Sequence record: PX393109.1
DNA: 64,000 nucleotides
DNA from: a phage
Direction: 5' to 3' (one strand)
Each line of letters starts with the position of its first letter. Positions within the stretch are counted from its first letter, which is position 1. A program made the translations under genes and the position numbers. The notes beneath the pieces were generated by a model. It did no database searches. It was given only the letters and a program-made list of their open reading frames with translations, and was not told where the DNA came from. Of this stretch, positions 1-8,550 are shown piece by piece.

Positions 1-101
1 AACAACCATGGTGGAACCTAGACCAGGAACACTGTACGGTTAGCATAGCCTATAGGGTATTTCGGTGCCCTATGTGAAATGTTAACGTTAGGAGTAATCA
101 A

Positions 102-290
102 ATGCATACGTTAGATATATCTGACGAGGCTAAACGAATTTTAGAAGAGTTAGACGACTGGAGTGGTCCTATCTCTAAGCTGATCGCCAAGCTGAAAGAT
201 GTAGAGAACATTGAAGGTGATATCGATGTTACCTTCGATGCTGGTTATAATAATGTATCTATAATTGCAGGAGTTGATGATGAACAGTAA
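102..290 (+). CDS. hypothetical small protein
   Basis: 62-aa ORF, ATG preceded by AGGAG RBS. Confidence 0.45.
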   Translation: MHTLDISDEAKRILEELDDWSGPISKLIAKLKDVENIEGDIDVTFDAGYNNVSIIAGVDDEQ

Positions 291-834
291 ACTTAGGTTA
301 GCTCCTCATCTGTACAATAGAATGCTGAAAGAGTTGATGGATGCCGTAATGACTTATGGCCAGACTCAGCAGCTCCGTACACATCTGGCTAAGGTAGTGG
401 ATCAATACGTAGAGCCGGACCATCCACATACCAGACCCGCTCCTCAGTTTTATCAGGCAACATGGTCTTGGCGTAGCTGGGAAGTAAATGCCGTAATTAC
501 TGCAGAAGATTACAAACTACTAGAATCTCGTCCGGATGTTAAGGTAGTCATGAGAGACTTCCGTGGCTATGGTAACGATGAGGAGTTCTCCTTCTCAGAT
601 TTATCGTTTACTCCCATCGATGCTGGTATGGCATCTAACTTCGCGGTAATGAGTTGCTCAGTAAACGAAGAGGTACTATTCGATCTCTTATCCGCAGTTA
701 AGTTACAGATTCAGAGAGATGAGGTAATTGAAGAGATCGGATGCAACCGCTGCGGTGGTGCTGGTCAAGCAGTGATAGACCATGGCGAGCTCGGTATTGA
801 GCATATGGTATGTCCTCATTGCAATAAGAAATAA
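277..834 (+). CDS. hypothetical protein with C-terminal CxxC...CxxC zinc ribbon
   Basis: ORF track 265..834 (TTG); ATG at 277 after GCAGGAG; C-terminal CNRCGG...CPHCNKK. Confidence 0.5.
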   Translation: MMNSKLRLAPHLYNRMLKELMDAVMTYGQTQQLRTHLAKVVDQYVEPDHPHTRPAPQFYQATWSWRSWEVNAVITAEDYKLLESRPDVKVVMRDFRGYGNDEEFSFSDLSFTPIDAGMASNFAVMSCSVNEEVLFDLLSAVKLQIQRDEVIEEIGCNRCGGAGQAVIDHGELGIEHMVCPHCNKK

Positions 835-844
835 GGAAGTATCT

Positions 845-1399
845 ATGAGTAGTAATCGTAATGTAGTGGAAGAGACTCTGGACTTAATCAACAATCTCTT
901 CCGCAGTAAATTAAGTGGTGATCTCAATGCTATGGAGTTCACCATGAGCCGTAAAGAAGTAGCAGACATCCTCAATCACGTGAAGATGTCTATCACGAAT
1001 AACTGCGTCGCTATTCCTGATGGTCTGCATCCTGATACTCGTGAGTTGGTTCTGGACTTCGCTGGGAAGATGGCTAAGAAGTTACATAAAGCCCAGGTTA
1101 AGTATGGATTCACCAACGGATGGCGTCATCCTAACTGGGATACGGCTAAGGGTAATGATCAGTTCGAAGACCCTACCCAGTGCATCATCGCATTTAGCCA
1201 CCATATCGATAAGGGTGATCCTGTCGACGTGGCTAACTACTGCGCATTCATGGATTGGCATGGATGGTCCGCTAAATATGTCCCTGCCCCACACACTGTC
1301 ACCATCGACAATAAGGGTATGGTAGGGTCCATTAAACCAGCAACCGAGCCTGGATATGGGACCGATTATGTTGGTAGCATAGGAGACATGCCTCAGTGA
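845..1399 (+). CDS. hypothetical protein
   Basis: ORF track 782..1399; in-frame ATG at 845 preceded by AAGGAAG RBS. Confidence 0.5.
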   Translation: MSSNRNVVEETLDLINNLFRSKLSGDLNAMEFTMSRKEVADILNHVKMSITNNCVAIPDGLHPDTRELVLDFAGKMAKKLHKAQVKYGFTNGWRHPNWDTAKGNDQFEDPTQCIIAFSHHIDKGDPVDVANYCAFMDWHGWSAKYVPAPHTVTIDNKGMVGSIKPATEPGYGTDYVGSIGDMPQ

Positions 1400-1623
1400 A
1401 TAAAATAATGATGATGGGTATACTCGAAAATATTGTAACCCTTATCTGCATGACTGTTCTAGTATTGGGCCTTTATTATATGGGAGCATCATGGTGGTCG
1501 GCTATACCTGGGCTATTGGTATTCAATCTTAGTTCTGTTAAGTATAAGGAAACTAAGTCTGTTGGTCACCCAGAGAATACCACACCAACTGGGGAGGTTG
1601 CTGCTCCTCCTAAGGACAGATAA
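1396..1623 (+). CDS. small hydrophobic membrane protein
   Basis: 75-aa ORF, hydrophobic core ILENIVTLICMTVLVLGLYYMGASWW; GTG start with AGGAGA 9 nt upstream. Confidence 0.4.
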   Translation: MNKIMMMGILENIVTLICMTVLVLGLYYMGASWWSAIPGLLVFNLSSVKYKETKSVGHPENTTPTGEVAAPPKDR

Positions 1624-1934
1624 TGGAACAGTTCCGCATTGAATTAAAGATATGGAGCGCAGATATCGGGGAACGCCCTCCGGAGGGGGACGTTAACTGG
1701 AGAACTGCCTACTGCATTTTAGGTCCTGTTAATGAAGAAGACTGGACTTTAGATAAAGATAAGGCTACTTTGCTTAGTTATGACCGTCTGGATGAGCTAA
1801 ATCTGTTCGGTTTAGCTGCAAGATGCCGTAATTCCCTACGTTTATCTAACTGGGAACTAGGCTCCGTGAACATAATTAAGCTGGTAGATCCTGAGCTTAT
1901 CCATATCAACATAACGATAGATAAAGAGTATTAA
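1623..1934 (+). CDS. hypothetical protein
   Basis: 103-aa ORF, start overlaps upstream stop (TAATGG). Confidence 0.5.
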   Translation: MEQFRIELKIWSADIGERPPEGDVNWRTAYCILGPVNEEDWTLDKDKATLLSYDRLDELNLFGLAARCRNSLRLSNWELGSVNIIKLVDPELIHINITIDKEY

Positions 1935-1944
1935 GGAGCTTAAA

Positions 1945-2178
1945 ATGGATAAAGAGTTAAATGGTGCAGAAGAAGATGTTCTGTACAAATTATTCTGGTT
2001 CGGACCAGCAGCAGACGGAGACCTACCATCTAAATCTGGAGCATCTGGCTTGGTAGATAAAGGATTAGCTGCCTGGTTTAAGGGTAATAATCTCTGCCCT
2101 AAGATTTATGATGACCGTAACATGTGTATGCTTACTTCCCTTGGGGTAGACTTAGCCAGAAATAAGTATACTAAATAA
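1945..2178 (+). CDS. hypothetical protein
   Basis: 77-aa ORF with AAGGAG RBS. Confidence 0.5.
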   Translation: MDKELNGAEEDVLYKLFWFGPAADGDLPSKSGASGLVDKGLAAWFKGNNLCPKIYDDRNMCMLTSLGVDLARNKYTK

Positions 2179-2180
2179 AA

Positions 2181-2216
2181 CCGCTCTTTTGTACGGTCAA
2201 AAGGCTGTTAAACTGT
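2181..2216 (+). promoter_or_regulatory. conserved intergenic motif copy 1 (putative phage promoter)
   Basis: CCGCTCTTTTGTACGGTCAAAAGGCTGTTAAACTGT. Confidence 0.5.
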
Positions 2217-2290
2217 AGAGGTTATTCCTATAGAGCATCTGATGGTGCTCTATGTGAATAGTCTTAGGAGATATTAGGAGATATTAAGAT

Positions 2291-2650
2291 ATGTTTGAGA
2301 AATTAAAATCTATATTTAAAACTGTTCCAGCAATTCCCTTACTGACTAAATCGGAAGAGCGACTAGCTTATGAGAATATGATCCGTACTGGGGACCCTAC
2401 CGAATTTATCAGAATGTTGGATAATGACGAAATCCGGATGATTCGTAAAGATACATGGACTTGGGTAAGCGCTAATGGTGTAATCCATGTCTATAACGAT
2501 ATTTACGGTCCGGAAGTTAAGCTGGGAGGAGTAAGTGCGTTAATTGACTGTAATGGTGATGCTTACGGTCTATCTTACGAAGATGGTAAGAGAGTATATA
2601 ACGCAATCTGGGACTCCTGCGACCGCTCCAGGAGGATGGCTCATGTTTAA
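2291..2650 (+). CDS. hypothetical protein
   Basis: 119-aa ORF downstream of motif copy at 2181-2216. Confidence 0.5.
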   Translation: MFEKLKSIFKTVPAIPLLTKSEERLAYENMIRTGDPTEFIRMLDNDEIRMIRKDTWTWVSANGVIHVYNDIYGPEVKLGGVSALIDCNGDAYGLSYEDGKRVYNAIWDSCDRSRRMAHV

Positions 2651-2813
2651 GTTACTTATTATAAGTAGTATTGTTGCTCGGGATGCTCCATCAGTTCACT
2701 CGGTAATTGCGGAATTTGAGACTAAAGATCAAGCAGATCGTGCCTACGACAAAATGGTGGAATCTGCCAACCCTCAGTCCTGGGTATCTAACAAAGTAGT
2801 GAAACTTTACTAA
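2644..2813 (+). CDS. hypothetical small protein
   Basis: ATG at 2644 after AGGAGG; ORF track lists a longer alternative-frame start at 2544. Confidence 0.35.
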
Positions 2814-2869
2814 TAGCTGAGTTCTATTAAGGCACCTAACGGCCTAATAGTTGCTCTTCCGTAAAACAG

Positions 2870-3270
2870 ATTCGATAGTCTGGGAAGAGCAGCTATATAC
2901 TCTCATTAAGTAATGCGTATACATAGGGCACGATTAAGTTACGTCTCCGGCTATGGTTGCATTACGAATAGTTAGGTAGTGTCCCTATTCAGATTGTCCG
3001 GAACTGGATAGAGGATGAAGGTATTGTCGAGACCTTAGTGGGGACTGATGCGAACTACACTAAGGTTTATACCCTCTCAACATTCTTAGGGGCATCTACG
3101 TAGTATACCTTGCGTCACGCGTAGGGTGAGCGAGTTAAAGCCCAAAGTGGCTTTAGGGAGCGAATCCCAGGGGGAGGCTCGGGTGGGCAAGGTCAGAGTC
3201 TCCGGAGGAGCTTAGTCTCGTGTACGCGGCGGCTCTGCCAGCCGCCGCTACACTCCAATTGGTTAAATTA
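2870..3270 (+). ncRNA. candidate large structured RNA element, copy A (paralogue of 56070-56490)
   Basis: ~500 bp with no ORF >=60 aa in any frame; GC-rich; perfect hairpins (GCGGCGGCT/AGCCGCCGC, AAAGCC/GGCTTT); shares blocks of sequence with the second element at equal spacing. Confidence 0.4.
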
Positions 3271-3342
3271 GATAAGGGGCCGGTAGTTCCTACGTCCATT
3301 AGTTTAGGAGTTATTATTTGATTATGTTGAGGAACACTATTA

Positions 3343-3576
3343 ATGATCGTAGTTACTGAAGAGTATATTACCTCCCAGTCTAAGGCTGGTGGGAAGGCTG
3401 TTGGAAGAGTAGCAATAGCTAAACTAACCAATATGGGTTATGTTCCTAAGGACACTCCTAAGCCACCAGCACCATGGATATGGGAAAAGGAGAATGGCAG
3501 GATTATGGCTATTACCCAGTATATGGGGCCATTCAGACTCAAGATCGAATACTTAGTAGATCTGGAAGATTCGTAG
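3343..3576 (+). CDS. hypothetical protein
   Basis: 77-aa ORF. Confidence 0.45.
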   Translation: MIVVTEEYITSQSKAGGKAVGRVAIAKLTNMGYVPKDTPKPPAPWIWEKENGRIMAITQYMGPFRLKIEYLVDLEDS

Positions 3577-3577
3577 G

Positions 3578-3616
3578 CCGCTCTTTTTAGGTGCTGAAAG
3601 GCTGTTAAGGTGTCAG
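3578..3616 (+). promoter_or_regulatory. conserved intergenic motif copy 2
   Basis: GCCGCTCTTTTTAGGTGCTGAAAGGCTGTTAAGGTGTCA. Confidence 0.45.
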
Positions 3617-3636
3617 AACTACTGTTAGGAGAAATT

Positions 3637-3831
3637 ATGACTACTGAAGAAAAGATGATCCATATGTACAATCAGGTTCATGGTCCTATCTCTGCTTCCT
3701 GTTACTGGGAGTATGATGAAGAGACTAACGAATTGATCTGCATGAAAGATGGCCATGAATGCTGGCGGACATCTAGAGAAGAGATTCTGTTTGACTATAT
3801 CACTAAGGATATGACAGATGCCACAGTTTAA
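3637..3831 (+). CDS. hypothetical protein
   Basis: ORF track 3610..3831; ATG at 3637 after TTAGGAGAAATT; follows motif copy 3578-3616. Confidence 0.45.
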   Translation: MTTEEKMIHMYNQVHGPISASCYWEYDEETNELICMKDGHECWRTSREEILFDYITKDMTDATV

Positions 3832-3953
3832 GTGCTCCTGGTGTAAACAACATAAGGATGAGACTCCTATCGATATGTCGGAGTATGGTCTCGAACCAGT
3901 ATGTCTTACCTGTATGCAGGTAATCGAAGAGCAGGCTATGGGAGGAGGCTCCG

Positions 3954-4175
3954 ATGATGACGAGGAGTAATCCCGTACAGATTAATGCTCTCTGTCTAGA
4001 TGGTGTCTGGATGGCGAGTTGGGAATATTACAAAGCTAAGGATGCTAAGAAAGAGGCTGAGTTTACTGGAGAGCCGAAAGTAATTAAGCGTAGTAAGGCT
4101 AACGAAGATTGCTACTGCGGATCTGGCAAGAAGGTAAAGAATTACCCATGTAAACAATACGTCCTGAAAAGATAA
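3954..4175 (+). CDS. small protein with SEC-C-like metal-binding motif
   Basis: CYCGSGKKVKNYPC resembles the SecA/YecA SEC-C motif (CxCGSGKKYKxCC); GGAGGAGG RBS. Confidence 0.5.
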   Translation: MMTRSNPVQINALCLDGVWMASWEYYKAKDAKKEAEFTGEPKVIKRSKANEDCYCGSGKKVKNYPCKQYVLKR

Positions 4176-4184
4176 GGAATAATT

Positions 4185-4439
4185 ATGTACTTTACTGATA
4201 ATATGATCGTAGGACTGATGATTGCTTATGTCATCGGTGGGATCATCGTTTATCCGATTGCTGCTTATGTTACTGGCAGATTCCGTATTAAGCATGGTGG
4301 CTACACAGTATTGGCTACGGTATTTTGGCCGTTAATCCCTTTCGTGATCGTGGCAGTTATCATAACTAAACTGGCCGAAATAGCTTGCACGAAAGGGTTC
4401 CACTACCTCCGCGATCTCGGTGAGAAACATGCCAATTAA
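4185..4439 (+). CDS. small membrane protein (two predicted TM helices)
   Basis: hydrophobic stretches IVGLMIAYVIGGIIVYPIAAYV and VLATVFWPLIPFVIVAVIITKL; AAGGAATAATT RBS. Confidence 0.5.
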   Translation: MYFTDNMIVGLMIAYVIGGIIVYPIAAYVTGRFRIKHGGYTVLATVFWPLIPFVIVAVIITKLAEIACTKGFHYLRDLGEKHAN

Positions 4440-4998
4440 TTTCAGTATGCAGAGTCTTGAAGACTTTGTACCAGAGCATGGTAAGAGCGTAGTAGTCTTC
4501 TACCACGAGCGATTCTATTCCCGAGTAGAAATGCTACAGATGCAAGTAGAGTTCCACTACCAGATGATAGATGGCGATGGCTGCCCAGTTCCTCAGTGGG
4601 CATGCTATGATAATCGTGACGACATACCGTTCGATAAGCCATTCATCTGGAAAGATAAGCAGGTTAAGTTCCTTACTCTGGACGACTGTATGGAAATACA
4701 TAATCGTCATCCCAAGCACCACTATCGTTACTGGTGGGTTAAGGACTGGTTCCTAACTGGCGGAGGAAATAGCCAGTTAAATAGGGAACAGCTGGCGGAG
4801 ATGTCGTTAGGGATTATGAGTGCCGAACAGTTTAGTGCTGAGCTGGATAAGGGATGTGCTGATCTGGAAGCCAAGCGTATCTTACGTGAATTAACTCGTG
4901 AATCCCGTACTGGATATTGTGAGAAGCATGGCACTCGTCAGCTGGGTAAGGACCTATGTGATGTGTGCCGTATTGAACGTGCATTTATGGAGGGATGA
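4429..4998 (+). CDS. hypothetical protein
   Basis: ORF track 4420..4998 (GTG); first ATG at 4429. Confidence 0.45.
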   Translation: MPINFSMQSLEDFVPEHGKSVVVFYHERFYSRVEMLQMQVEFHYQMIDGDGCPVPQWACYDNRDDIPFDKPFIWKDKQVKFLTLDDCMEIHNRHPKHHYRYWWVKDWFLTGGGNSQLNREQLAEMSLGIMSAEQFSAELDKGCADLEAKRILRELTRESRTGYCEKHGTRQLGKDLCDVCRIERAFMEG

Positions 4999-5654
4999 TG
5001 CGGATCTGGACCGACAAGAACTCTATTCTGGAGTTTATCGGAGAGTACCGATTCCTATCTAACTTTTATCCTGTTCCTATTGAGGATAAGAATCCTTACG
5101 GGAACGAGACTCTTCCCTCCCTTACTTACCCTAGTGTGGAGCATGCCTATCAAGCATCTAAGTCTCCATCACTAGCCCATCGTCTTATCATAGCTAGACT
5201 TCATACTCCTGGTGAGGCCAAGAGATATGGACGTAAGCTGCCCATTACTGAATCGTGGAAGGAACAGAGAGTAGATGTGATGGAACACCTACTCCGGATT
5301 AAATTCGCGAAAGGTGGGGAGCTAGCTCAAAAATTGACCGATACTTGGCCTAAGGAGCTGGTCGAAGGAAATACCCACGGAGATTCCTTCTGGGGTATGA
5401 CTCGTGAGGAGTACAAGTCCGTCCTCACTGGTATTAATATGCTCGGACGATTACTGATGAAACTTCGGGAGGAGTTAGTTATGGAACAAATGACCAAGGA
5501 GACAGGATCGTTTGCGGAGTGGCATAAACTGCTGCACCAATACGCTCAGTCTCGTGGCGGTAGCGCTGCTGATGCGGAAGCCTGGCGGGATGATTACGAT
5601 GAAGGTAAGACCCCTAAGCAGGCCTACGACGATGAGTGGGGCGAAGAAGACTAA
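4995..5654 (+). CDS. NADAR / YbiA-like N-glycosidase domain protein (candidate ADP-ribosylation reversal enzyme)
   Basis: FLSNFYP...PSVEHAYQASK...ESWKEQRVDVMEHLLRIKF...LVEGNTHGDSFWG aligns by eye with E. coli YbiA motifs (FSNFAAWP...SEHYFQAQK...LVEHTENDAYWGDG); acidic C-terminal tail. Confidence 0.75.
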   Translation: MMRIWTDKNSILEFIGEYRFLSNFYPVPIEDKNPYGNETLPSLTYPSVEHAYQASKSPSLAHRLIIARLHTPGEAKRYGRKLPITESWKEQRVDVMEHLLRIKFAKGGELAQKLTDTWPKELVEGNTHGDSFWGMTREEYKSVLTGINMLGRLLMKLREELVMEQMTKETGSFAEWHKLLHQYAQSRGGSAADAEAWRDDYDEGKTPKQAYDDEWGEED

Positions 5655-5662
5655 CCTATCTT

Positions 5663-5690
5663 AGCGCTCTTTAGGGAGCGCTATTTTTAT
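5663..5690 (+). terminator. rho-independent terminator after NADAR gene
   Basis: AGCGCTC/GAGCGCT 7-bp stem, 6-nt loop, followed by ATTTTTATTT. Confidence 0.55.
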
Positions 5691-5708
5691 TTAATGTTGG
5701 GAGTAATT

Positions 5709-5948
5709 ATGGAACAACCTATCCAAGCAGTAACTAATGCGGTTGGGAGCATGCAGATCGTGGGTTATGATACCTATGAGCAAGTAGCTCAATCAGTTAA
5801 ACTCGATCCTCGCAAGAAGCGTCGTGGTCATCGTCGAGCAGCTAAGAGTCTGCTTAGTAATGGTGGGGTCTTCAATAACTACTCTGCACCAGGAACTACA
5901 TTCTGGTGGGTCGCACAATGGCATCTTAAGAAGGCACGTAATGGCTGA
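5709..5948 (+). CDS. hypothetical protein
   Basis: ORF track 5694..5948; ATG at 5709 preceded by GGGAG RBS. Confidence 0.45.
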   Translation: MEQPIQAVTNAVGSMQIVGYDTYEQVAQSVKLDPRKKRRGHRRAAKSLLSNGGVFNNYSAPGTTFWWVAQWHLKKARNG

Positions 5949-6294
5949 AGATACTGGGATTCATGACGGACGCTGGGAAGATCGATATAACTCAGTACGA
6001 CAGGAATTAGACACTACTAAGGCTAATCTGAGTAAGGCTAGAGTAGAGAATGCTGAAAACCGAGCTATGCATCATCGTATTATTCAGATGGCTATTGATG
6101 ATGGCTGGACTGGTGATCATAATAGTAATGTTGAGGATGCAGTAAAATTCCTATCGGGTAGAGAGCGTAAAGTAACTACCCCTAAAATTCATTACACAGA
6201 TCATATCACAATAGGTAAGGCATCTCCAGTATATGATGCCGTTGAAGTAGATACATTATTAACCAGTCTAGGGTATACTGTGGATAAGGATTAA
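5941..6294 (+). CDS. hypothetical protein
   Basis: ATG at 5941 overlapping upstream stop (ATGGCTGA); ORF track lists 5824..6294. Confidence 0.45.
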   Translation: MAEDTGIHDGRWEDRYNSVRQELDTTKANLSKARVENAENRAMHHRIIQMAIDDGWTGDHNSNVEDAVKFLSGRERKVTTPKIHYTDHITIGKASPVYDAVEVDTLLTSLGYTVDKD

Positions 6295-6296
6295 TT

Positions 6297-6334
6297 CCGC
6301 CGTTTCTTACCCTCGAAAGGCTGTTAAATTGTTG
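6297..6334 (+). promoter_or_regulatory. conserved intergenic motif copy 3
   Basis: CCGCCGTTTCTTACCCTCGAAAGGCTGTTAAATTGTTG. Confidence 0.45.
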
Positions 6335-6358
6335 CACCTCAACTGATAAGGATAACCG

Positions 6359-7072
6359 ATGTCTACTAAGATGATGCCACACCATCTGGCTCCGAATAAA
6401 CTGTTTAACCGATTCCTGTCATATCACGACTCCTACCACTGCGCAATTGACATCGAGACCGAGTATCTCGATTTTAAAGAGCCTGGGGTAGTTCTATCTG
6501 TAGGTATGGTGACGGTTGGTCCTGATCACTACTCCCACGTCTACTTCACTATTGATCGAGAAGAGTCGCTGGCTCTGGGTATGAAGTCTGACCCTAACGT
6601 AGTTGAATGGCTCAACACTCTCCCGAAACCCGTCCGTGATGCTGCATATGCTAATCCAGTATCTGTTGACGAAGCTCTGGATATCATCGAAGAGTACGTA
6701 GCTAAGGTACTACAGGATCCTGGTTGCCAGATGTTGAACTTCATCGGTAACGCACCAGAGTTCGACCAGGGATTCCTGGATTGGTACTTTAAGGCTAAAG
6801 GACGTAAGACCCCGTTCCTACACTGGATGAATCGAGATTACCGCACTCTGGCTAGTCTGCAGCTGATCTCATTCGATGATCGTCGCATGATTAAAGAAGA
6901 ACTGAGTAGCCAGCACGAGTCTATGTCTGATCACCATGCATTGTTCGATGCGATGCTGGAAGCTAAGACTTGGGTTCGCACCATCAATCGTGTAAAAGAG
7001 TTACAGGATCTGGAGCACGAGGTGAATACCATGATTGCTATGCAGGGTAACTCTGTGGAAGATGGAGAGTAA
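6359..7072 (+). CDS. DEDDh-type 3'-5' exonuclease (DnaQ/RNase T-like)
   Basis: Exo I-like CAIDIETEY, later NAPEFDQGFL, C-terminal HHALFDAMLEA (H-x4-D motif III). Confidence 0.6.
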   Translation: MSTKMMPHHLAPNKLFNRFLSYHDSYHCAIDIETEYLDFKEPGVVLSVGMVTVGPDHYSHVYFTIDREESLALGMKSDPNVVEWLNTLPKPVRDAAYANPVSVDEALDIIEEYVAKVLQDPGCQMLNFIGNAPEFDQGFLDWYFKAKGRKTPFLHWMNRDYRTLASLQLISFDDRRMIKEELSSQHESMSDHHALFDAMLEAKTWVRTINRVKELQDLEHEVNTMIAMQGNSVEDGE

Positions 7073-7385
7073 GCTTTGTCGGGTGGTTAATATACGTACC
7101 AATCCTAACTACGATTTATATGTTGGGAGAGGTACTATATTCGGGAATAAGTGGAGCCATAAAGATTTACCTAACGCTATTAACGTAGGTTCCCGAACAT
7201 TAGCCATCGCGAAATACAGACTATGGTTCCACCAGCAAGTAAAAGATGGCCACATAAGCATCTCCTACTTACGGACTCTTAAGGGTAAGACTTTAGGGTG
7301 CTCCTGCTTACCGTTACCATGTCATGCTCAAGTTATAGCTGACTTCGTTAATTCATTACCTGACGAAGATTCCGCTCTTTCGTAG
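7062..7385 (+). CDS. DUF4326-like protein (CxC...PCH motif)
   Basis: YVGRG...GNKW...LGCSCLPLPCHAQVIADF resembles the DUF4326 signature; family assignment from memory. Confidence 0.4.
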   Translation: MESKLCRVVNIRTNPNYDLYVGRGTIFGNKWSHKDLPNAINVGSRTLAIAKYRLWFHQQVKDGHISISYLRTLKGKTLGCSCLPLPCHAQVIADFVNSLPDEDSALS

Positions 7386-7410
7386 CCTCCAAAGGCTGTT
7401 AAACTGTTGG
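7372..7410 (+). promoter_or_regulatory. conserved intergenic motif copy 4
   Basis: CCGCTCTTTCGTAGCCTCCAAAGGCTGTTAAACTGTTGG; 22 nt before ATG 7424. Confidence 0.5.
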
Positions 7411-7423
7411 AAAGGAAATCTCT

Positions 7424-7648
7424 ATGCAATCACGTCGTATTGGTTTGTTAAGCGGTATCGGTATGGTTCTGGCTGGATTAGGTCATATGTGGCCCACCCC
7501 AGCAGTGTCTGCTAAAGGCTATGACGGATTCCGTCGCGCCTGTACCAAGGTAAGCTGCCCTAAGACTACTACAGCATCTGCATTAAAGCGTGCGGCTAAG
7601 AAGGCTAAAGGCCGTAAGGTTAATAAGCAACGTCACAAGGGTAAATAA
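7424..7648 (+). CDS. small basic protein with N-terminal hydrophobic segment
   Basis: 74-aa ORF, GLLSGIGMVLAGLG then lysine-rich tail. Confidence 0.45.
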   Translation: MQSRRIGLLSGIGMVLAGLGHMWPTPAVSAKGYDGFRRACTKVSCPKTTTASALKRAAKKAKGRKVNKQRHKGK

Positions 7649-8028
7649 TGTCTCATATGACCCGAGAAGAAATCGTATTGATGGTGGCTAAGGTGTGTCA
7701 CGAAGCTAATCGTGCATACTGCCATTCTATCGGAGACTTCACCCAATTAAGCTGGGAAGCAACATCCGATGAAATAAAACAGTCGGCTATTGATGGAGCG
7801 TATAACTGCTTACACAATAACCGTATCAGCCCAGAAGAGTCCCATGAATTCTGGGTTAAAACTAAAAAGGAGCAGGGCTGGAAGTATGGAGAAATCAAAG
7901 ATCTCGCAGCTAAGACGCACCCGTGTATGGTTCCATATTCACGGTTGCCGGAAGAGCATCGAGTCAAAGATCACCTCTTCACCAGCATCTGCGCAGCATT
8001 CATTAAACAGTACAAAAGGGCATCATGA
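7648..8028 (+). CDS. RyR-domain protein
   Basis: [43 protein letters not shown] matches the RyR domain core (W..GW.YG......HP.LVPY..L). Confidence 0.55.
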   Translation: MSHMTREEIVLMVAKVCHEANRAYCHSIGDFTQLSWEATSDEIKQSAIDGAYNCLHNNRISPEESHEFWVKTKKEQGWKYGEIKDLAAKTHPCMVPYSRLPEEHRVKDHLFTSICAAFIKQYKRAS

Positions 8029-8495
8029 TGACCGTAGTTCAAGTAAAGAAAACTATTAACTGGGACGACTCTCTGGAGTTACCGAAATACGCTAAAGCTG
8101 GTGATGCTGGTCTTGATCTTCGTGCGATGATTAAGACTGACGAAATCGATAAAATCGCTGTAAATCCTGGCGAAACTATCCTGGTCCCTACCGGTCTAGC
8201 GATCAACATCGGCGATCCGAACATCGCTTCTGTGATTCTTCCCCGCAGCGGCCTCGGCCATAAAAATGGCATCGTACTGGGTAACTTGGTTGGTCTTATC
8301 GACTCCGGCTATCAAGGAGAACTGATGGTGTCTGTGTGGAACCGTAGTAACGAATCTTTCGTTATTAACCACGGCGACCGTATCGCTCAAATGGTGTTTC
8401 TTCCCGTTATCCATCCAGAGCTCCAGCTTGTGGATAAATTCTCTGATGTTTCTGAACGTGGCGACGGTGGGTTTGGCCATTCCGGGATTAAGTAA
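8025..8495 (+). CDS. dut: dUTP diphosphatase
   Basis: [55 protein letters not shown]: all five dUTPase motifs in order. Confidence 0.85.
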   Translation: MMTVVQVKKTINWDDSLELPKYAKAGDAGLDLRAMIKTDEIDKIAVNPGETILVPTGLAINIGDPNIASVILPRSGLGHKNGIVLGNLVGLIDSGYQGELMVSVWNRSNESFVINHGDRIAQMVFLPVIHPELQLVDKFSDVSERGDGGFGHSGIK

Positions 8496-8526
8496 TCCTG
8501 GGGTAGTTAGACTACGGTAATTACTA

Positions 8527-8550
8527 TTGACCTCTTTGCGGAGAGGTCAA
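8527..8550 (+). promoter_or_regulatory. perfect 9-bp inverted repeat (operator- or terminator-like hairpin)
   Basis: TTGACCTCT-TTGCGG-AGAGGTCAA between dut and the next gene; no T-run. Confidence 0.35.

Noticed and set aside
2181-2216. Reading the conserved motif as a standard sigma70 -35/-10 promoter (TTGTAC ... TAAAGT)
   Set aside because: Spacer between TTGTAC and any TAAANT hexamer is only 13-14 nt, outside the 16-18 nt sigma70 range. Kept as promoter-like element with unknown recognition mode.
2820-3340. Group I or II self-splicing intron interrupting a gene
   Set aside because: No split reading frame is evident across the element, no homing endonuclease ORF, and I could not recognise the conserved P/Q/R/S or domain V sequences. 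Not excluded without a covariance-model search.
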